From NCBI GenBank assembly GCA_012295275.1, contig CM022667.1:5208001-5272000 (forward strand): a stretch of DNA of 64,000 bases, in the 5' to 3' direction. The stretch's first letter is position 1, and each line of letters starts with the position of its first letter. The stretch is from Chrysomallon squamiferum (lineage: Eukaryota; Animalia; Mollusca). A model generated the notes under the pieces. That model ran no database searches and was not told the origin of the DNA. It was given only the letters and a program-made list of their open reading frames with translations. This document shows, piece after piece, positions 57,906 through 64,000 of the stretch. The position numbers and the translations under genes were made by a program.

Positions 57906-58611
57906 CTGAAAAGTCTTAGGAAGAAAATAAAAGCAAAGTAGAAACAAATAAAGGAGGACAAAAATTATCAATTTATAAAGTAAATGGTAATATTAAAGAG
58001 TAATAACAATAAAAACTAATAACATTATGGATTAACACAGTTACATATAGCACTTTTCATTATATATTTTGAATTACTTCTTTCTTTCTAAATTATTGAT
58101 GTTTTTTTAAATTATTTTTACTGTCTATATATACATATATGCGTGTTTTGTGTGTGTGTATGTGTGTGTGTGTGTCTGCGTGTGTGTTTGTGTATGTGTG
58201 CCTATAGATACATACATTCATATGCATCTACATGTGAAGAGAATATATATATATATATATATATTTAAAGGAGGACTATAATTTTTGTGTGGATAAGCAT
58301 CCGAAAATTATTGGAATGTATTGCAGTTCTCTAATAAAACTAAGCAGATTAATGAAGTAGTATCAACGCAATTGACTTTTGTGTAATAAAAGTGAAAATT
58401 CAAATAGAATTAAATAAAAGTTAAGAGAAATTAGACGAATGCGGTAGAAATAAAATATTAAATCAAGAAATCAAGAAATATATACATATATCTGTAAAGT
58501 ATTACGAGCAGATTACAGTGGTACCAACAGTATTTCACCTAACTCTATTCGTTAAGTTAAGTTAATAGGTATCACTAACTTTCTAATTAGATTGAATATC
58601 ACGAAACTTAC

Positions 58612-58629
58612 CATCGACATCACTGGCGA
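58612..58629 (-). CDS. 18-nt microexon (VASDVD)
   Basis: ttttcag/GTAAGT, phase 1-1. Confidence 0.8.
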
Positions 58630-59132
58630 CTGAAAAGTGTTAGGAAGACAATAAAAGAAATATAGAAACAAATAAAGAAGGAAACATTTGGTAAAAAATT
58701 ATAAAGTAAATATAAATACTCTAATGAAAAAATACAGTGAAATAAACTACCAATTAACAACACAATGGAAGTACTTTATTTGTGTTCATTAAGTACAATT
58801 AATGGGAAATGTACTATGACTCACGGATCTTATCTACTTCTGGTAGATAAGTACAGTTTACAGTACATGTGGTATGACTACCCTACTTTCACTACTTATG
58901 TTAGTTAAGTATAGTTTATTGGAAATATTGATTAACTAATGTATTTTATGAATTTGTTTTGCTTAAGTATAGTTGACAGGAAACGTATTTTATCTTTTTC
59001 TATCAGTTAAGTACAGTTTACAGGAAATGCAGTATGTCTAAAATATTTGTTTTTCTTGTGTACGGTAAGTACAATTGATAGGAAATGTAGTACGACAAAT
59101 GTAGTAATAAGAGCAGGTATGACGAAACTTAC

Positions 59133-59150
59133 CCTCCATCTCGCTGTCGT
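59133..59150 (-). CDS. 18-nt microexon (DDSEME)
   Basis: ttttcag/GTAAGT, phase 1-1. Confidence 0.8.
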
Positions 59151-59437
59151 CTGAAAATTGTGAGGAAAAATAAAAGAAATAAAGAACAAATATTATCAAA
59201 GAAATAATGATATTAAAGAAAAAGGTAAAGTACAATAAATAAATCAACAATAATAAAACATGAAACTAAGTATTAAGAAAAGAAGAAAACATACAAAAGA
59301 AAAACGACCAGTAACAAAAACAAAAGTTATAATAATAAAAACGTGTTAACTTTATGGATTAGGAGTGATACCTTTAGGACTTTTCATTATTTATTTCCAA
59401 TTACTTCTTTCTGTTTAAATTATTATTGTTGTTGTTG

Positions 59438-59472
<35 letters not shown>

Positions 59473-60172
59473 GTTGTTGTTGTTGTTGTTGTTACTATTA
59501 TTATTGTTATTATGTCAATATCTTTACCTCTATATACATCTGCATATATATAAATATATATAATTTTGTATCGATGGTATTTTATATACCGAGGCTGAAT
59601 TATACATAGTAGTTAATTGTGAACTATAATTTGTGTGTGGATAAGTAACAGAACTTATTCGAATGTATTGCATTTCTCTAATAAATTTAAGGAGAATAAA
59701 AAAGTTGTATAAATGCGTTTCGTGGTAAAGTAATAAAAGTAAATTTTAATTTTATTTTATTTAAGTTGAGCTGCAATGAACTACGAAACAATTACAAGTC
59801 CAGATGTCAAGATTTATCTACTGTCAGTTAAAAAATGTATGACGTAAATTAACATTACTATCATTGTCTATATTTTCAGATGATATAACAAAAATAAAAT
59901 AAATAAAGCGTAAATAGACAATTAAATGGTATAATAAACATTTATAATAATATGGAACAAAAATATGGAACTCGAATAAAATAAAAATTTTGAGAACAAA
60001 CGGATGAGATAGAAATACAATATTAAAATATAACTGAAAGAACATAAAAAAATTGAAATCTATTACGAGGAGATTACAGTTGTAACAGCAGTATTTTGCC
60101 TATCTGTGTTCTTGAAGTACAGTTTATAGGTATCACTAATTTTCTATTAAGATTTAGTTTCAGGAAACTTAC

Positions 60173-60190
60173 CATCGAGATCACTGTCGA
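60173..60190 (-). CDS. 18-nt microexon (VDSDLD)
   Basis: ttttcag/GTAAGT, phase 1-1. Confidence 0.8.
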
Positions 60191-61109
60191 CTGAAAAGTC
60201 TTAGGAAGAAAATAAAAGCAAAGTAGAAACAAATAAAGGAGGAAAAAATATTATCAATTTATAAAGTAAATGGTAATATTAAAGAGTAATAATAATAAAA
60301 ACTAATAACATTATGGATTAACACAGTTACATATAGCTCTTTTCATTATATATTTTGAATTGCTTCTTTCTTTCTAAATGATTGATGTTTTTTATTATTT
60401 TTACTGTCTATATATGTGTGTGTGTATGTGTGTGAGTGTCAGCGTGTGTGTTTGTGTGTGTGTACCTATATATACATACATTGATATGCATCTACATATG
60501 AACAGAAATATATATCTATATATATATAGATATATATTTAAAGGAGAACTATAATTTTTGTGGTGATAAGCATCCAAAACTTATTCGAATGTATTGCATT
60601 TCTCTAATAAAATTAAGGAGAATAAAAAAGTTGTATAAATGCGTTTCGTGGTTAAGTAATAAAAGTAAATTTTAATTTTATTTTATTTAAGTTGAGCTGC
60701 AATGAGCTACGAAACAATTACAAGTCCAGATGTCAAGATTTATCTACTGTCAGTTAGAAAATGTATGACGTAAATCAACATTACTATCATTGTCTATATT
60801 TTCAGATGATATAACAAAAATAAAATAAATAAAGCGTAAACAGAGAATTAAATGGTATAATAAACATTTATAATAATATTGAACAAAAATATGGCTATCG
60901 AATAAAATAAAAATTGAGAGAAATTAAACGAAGGAGATAGAAATAAAATATTAAAATAAAACTGAAAGAACTAAAAAAAATATATATATATATTTGAAAA
61001 GCATTACCAGGAGATTACAGTGGTATCAGCAGTATTTTACCTGTGTTCCATAAGTACAGTTTATAGGTGTCACTAATTTCCTAATAAGATTTAGGTTCAG
61101 GAAACTTAC

Positions 61110-61127
61110 CATCGATATCACTGTCGA
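61110..61127 (-). CDS. 18-nt microexon (VDSDID)
   Basis: ttttcag/GTAAGT, phase 1-1. Confidence 0.8.
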
Positions 61128-61981
61128 CTGAAAAGTCTTAGGAAGAAAATAAAAGCAAAGTAGAAACAAATAAAGGATGAAGAAATATTATAAATTTATA
61201 AAGTAAATATTAGTATTAAAGAGAAAATAATTTTGCGAAATAAAGTGATAATTAACAACACAACGGCACTTCAATATCGTGTTGTGTTCATTAAGTACAA
61301 TTTATGGGGAATGTACTATGATTTACATACCTAATGTGCTTTTGTTAGGTAAGTACAGTCTAACGGAAATATTGATTAACTAACACATTTCATCTATTTG
61401 TATTACTTAAATACCAGTTTACAGGAAACGTAGAATGACTAATACAGTTTATCTATTTGTGTAAGTTAAGTAGGTTTTACAGGAAACACAGCATGACTAA
61501 TATATTTTATCAACTTAAGTTAGTTAGACACAATTTGTACGAAAGGTAGTACAACTAATGTATTAATAACAGCGGGTATGAGTGCTGTCGTCTGAAAATT
61601 GTGAAGAAAAATGAAAGAAATATAGGTTAAACGATAAAAATGTTTCAAAAGTAATAGTGATGTGGAAGAAAAAAGTAAAGTAAAATAAATAACTCAGTAC
61701 AGTTCTTTAAGAAAACTAAGCAGATTAATCAAGCAGTATGAACGCATTTAATGCTTAGGTAATAAAAGTAAAAATCGAAATAGAATAAAATAAAAATTAT
61801 CACAAAATTAAACGAATGAGATAGAAATAAAATATTAATATAAAACAAAGAGAAAATATATTTGTAAAGTATTAGGGGCACATTGCAATGGTAACAGCAG
61901 TATTTTACCTACCTCTGCTCGTTAAGTGCACTTTATAGGTGGTACTTACTTCCTAATTAAATTCAGTATCATGAAACTTAC

Positions 61982-61999
61982 CATCGACATCACTGGCGA
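61982..61999 (-). CDS. 18-nt microexon (VASDVD)
   Basis: ttttcag/GTAAGT, phase 1-1. Confidence 0.8.
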
Positions 62000-62492
62000 C
62001 TGAAAAGTGTTAGGAAGGAAATAAAATCAGTATAGAAAAAAAAATTAAAGAATGAAAAATGCTAAAAAGTTATCAAGTAAATATTATTATCCAAGAGAAA
62101 AATAATATATTGAAATAAATTAATAGTTAACAACACAAAGGGAGTACTTTATCTATTCGAGTTCATTAAGTACAATTAAATGGAAATGTACTATGACTCG
62201 CAGTTTACAGTACATGTGGTAAGACTAACGCATTTTCTCTACTTATGTTAGTTAAGTACAGTTCATTGGAACTACTGATTAACTAATGTATTTTATTAAT
62301 TTGTGTTACTTTAGTACTGTTTATAGGAAACGTAGCATGACTAACGCATTTCATATTTTTCTCTTAGTTAAGTACAGTTTATAGAAAATGCAGTATGACT
62401 AATAAATTGTTTCTACTTGAGTTAGCTAGGTACAGTTTATACGAAATGTAGTAAATTAAAGTATTAATAAGACTGGGTATGACGAAATTTAC

Positions 62493-62510
62493 CCTCAATA
62501 TTGCTGTCGA
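62493..62510 (-). pseudogene. 18-nt microexon with dead acceptor (VDSNIE)
   Basis: Acceptor ttttcag changed to ttttcgg; donor GTAAAT. Confidence 0.65.
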
Positions 62511-63054
62511 CCGAAAATAGTGAGGAAAATTGAAATAAATAAAGGGAAAATGTTACATATGAAATAGTGGTTTTAAAGATAAAGGTAAAGTGAAACAAAT
62601 AGCTCAGTGATAATGAAAAAAGAAAGTAAACATTAACAAAACAAGAAAAAATCCGAAAGATAACGGAGCAAAAACAACAACAAGAGTAATAACGATAAAA
62701 AGCAATTAATATTATGGATTAGGTGTATTACTTTTAGCTCTTTTCATTACATATTTTGAACTGTAGATAGACAGATAGGTAGATATAATGTTAGAAGAAT
62801 TGTGCTCAATTGTATTTTATATTTTAAGGCCGAATTATATGTAATCATTAATTCAGAACTATACATTTTATGTGGATAAGCAGCCGAAAATTAGTGTAAC
62901 GTATTGCAGTTCCCTAATAAAACTAATCAGATTAATGAAGTAGTATCAGCGCATTTGACGTTTGTGTAATAAAAGTAAAAATTCAAATAGAATTAAATAA
63001 AAGTTAAGAGAAATTAAACGAATGCGCTAGAAATAAAATATTAAATGAAAAATG

Positions 63055-63108
<54 letters not shown>

Positions 63109-63218
63109 GTAAAGCATTACGAGCAGATTACAGTGGTACCAACAGTATTTCACCTACTGTTCGTTAAGTTAAGAGGTTTGAATCATTTTGTAATTGGATT
63201 GAATATCACGAAACTTAC

Positions 63219-63236
63219 CACCGACATCACTGGAGA
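63219..63236 (-). CDS. 18-nt microexon (VSSDVG)
   Basis: tttccag/GTAAGT, phase 1-1. Confidence 0.8.
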
Positions 63237-63732
63237 CTGGAAAGTGTCAGGAAGAAAATAAAAAATGTAGAAACAAAAAGAAAAGGAAAAAATGTTAAAA
63301 AGTTATAAAGTAAATGTAAATATTCTAGAGAAAAAATAGAATGAAATAAATGAATCGTTGACAACACAAAGGCAGTACTTTATTAATGTTCATTGTGTAC
63401 AATTAATATGAAATGTTCTACCGACTCACGGATCTTATCTACTTATGTTAGATCTGTACAGGTTACAATACATGTGGTATGTCTACCGTTTTTTTCTATG
63501 CTTATCTTAGTTTCGTATAGTTTACTGGAAACGCAGTATAACTAATGTATTGTATCACTTTGTTTTACTTAAGTACAGTTTAGAGGAAACGTAGCATATC
63601 CAATATATTTTATCTTTTTGTGTTGTGTACACTTTACAGGCAATGCAGAATGTTTAATATATTTCTTCTACTTGTGTTAGATAAGCACAAACGATAGAAA
63701 ATGTAGTACGACTAATGTATGACAAAACTTAC

Positions 63733-63750
63733 CCTCATCATTGCTGTCGT
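63733..63750 (-). CDS. 18-nt microexon (DDSNDE)
   Basis: ttttcag/GTAAGT, phase 1-1. Confidence 0.8.
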
Positions 63751-64000
63751 CTGAAAATATGAGGAAAAACAAAAGAAAGGAAGAAAAAAGATAAAGGGTT
63801 AAAAAAAAGTATATTTAATAGATATCAAAGAAAATGTAAAGTGAAATAAATAAATCAATAATAATAATGAAACAAGAAACTAAATATTAAATAAAAAAAA
63901 AAAAAAAAAATAGAAAAGAAAAAAAAAATTGAAAAGAAAAACGACCAACAACAACAAAAGTAATAATAATAAAAATCTATTAACATTATGGATTAGGAGT

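Larger units (their letters stand above)
53550..64000. repeat. Tandem repeat carrying the microexons (~2.3 kb unit, about 3 near-identical copies plus diverged or partial ones)
   Basis: VDSDLD exons 2290 and 2285 bp apart; DDSEME exons 2363 and 2294 bp apart; introns align. Confidence 0.9.

Noticed and set aside
54378-59250. 70-97 aa hydrophobic ORFs containing SDDSEMEGK
   Set aside because: T-rich intron read-through around an 18-nt microexon
52900-64000. CRISPR-like array (recurrent gaaacttacc...ctgaaaa motifs)
   Set aside because: Motifs are splice donor and acceptor sites 0.5-1.2 kb apart in eukaryotic DNA; no cas genes or unique spacers

Overview
AT-rich, microsatellite-dense eukaryotic (invertebrate-like, plausibly molluscan; not provable here) genomic DNA. 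The six-frame ORF track is mostly misleading. The real content is a minus-strand tandem cluster of spliced genes for single-pass receptors with Cys-rich Ig-like domains, built almost entirely from symmetric phase-1 exons. Left locus (25104 to beyond the left edge): one divergent Ig-like exon, then ~4.5-kb repeats of [Ig exon A (321 nt) - 15-nt microexon - 21-nt microexon - Ig exon B (324/327 nt, GC donor) - 21-nt microexon]. Middle locus (~42480 to 28730): A-B-A-B Ig exons, 15/27/27/45-nt stalk exons, a transmembrane exon and a 44-aa tail with VVYETF and FENPAF motifs. Right locus (beyond the right edge to 47761): 14 intact 18-nt microexons (plus dead copies) encoding an Asp/Glu/Ser-rich stalk, paralogous stalk exons and a paralogous tail. 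MULE and non-LTR retrotransposon remnants are also present. All exon models were read by eye from splice signals, frame symmetry and repetition; none is transcript-verified.
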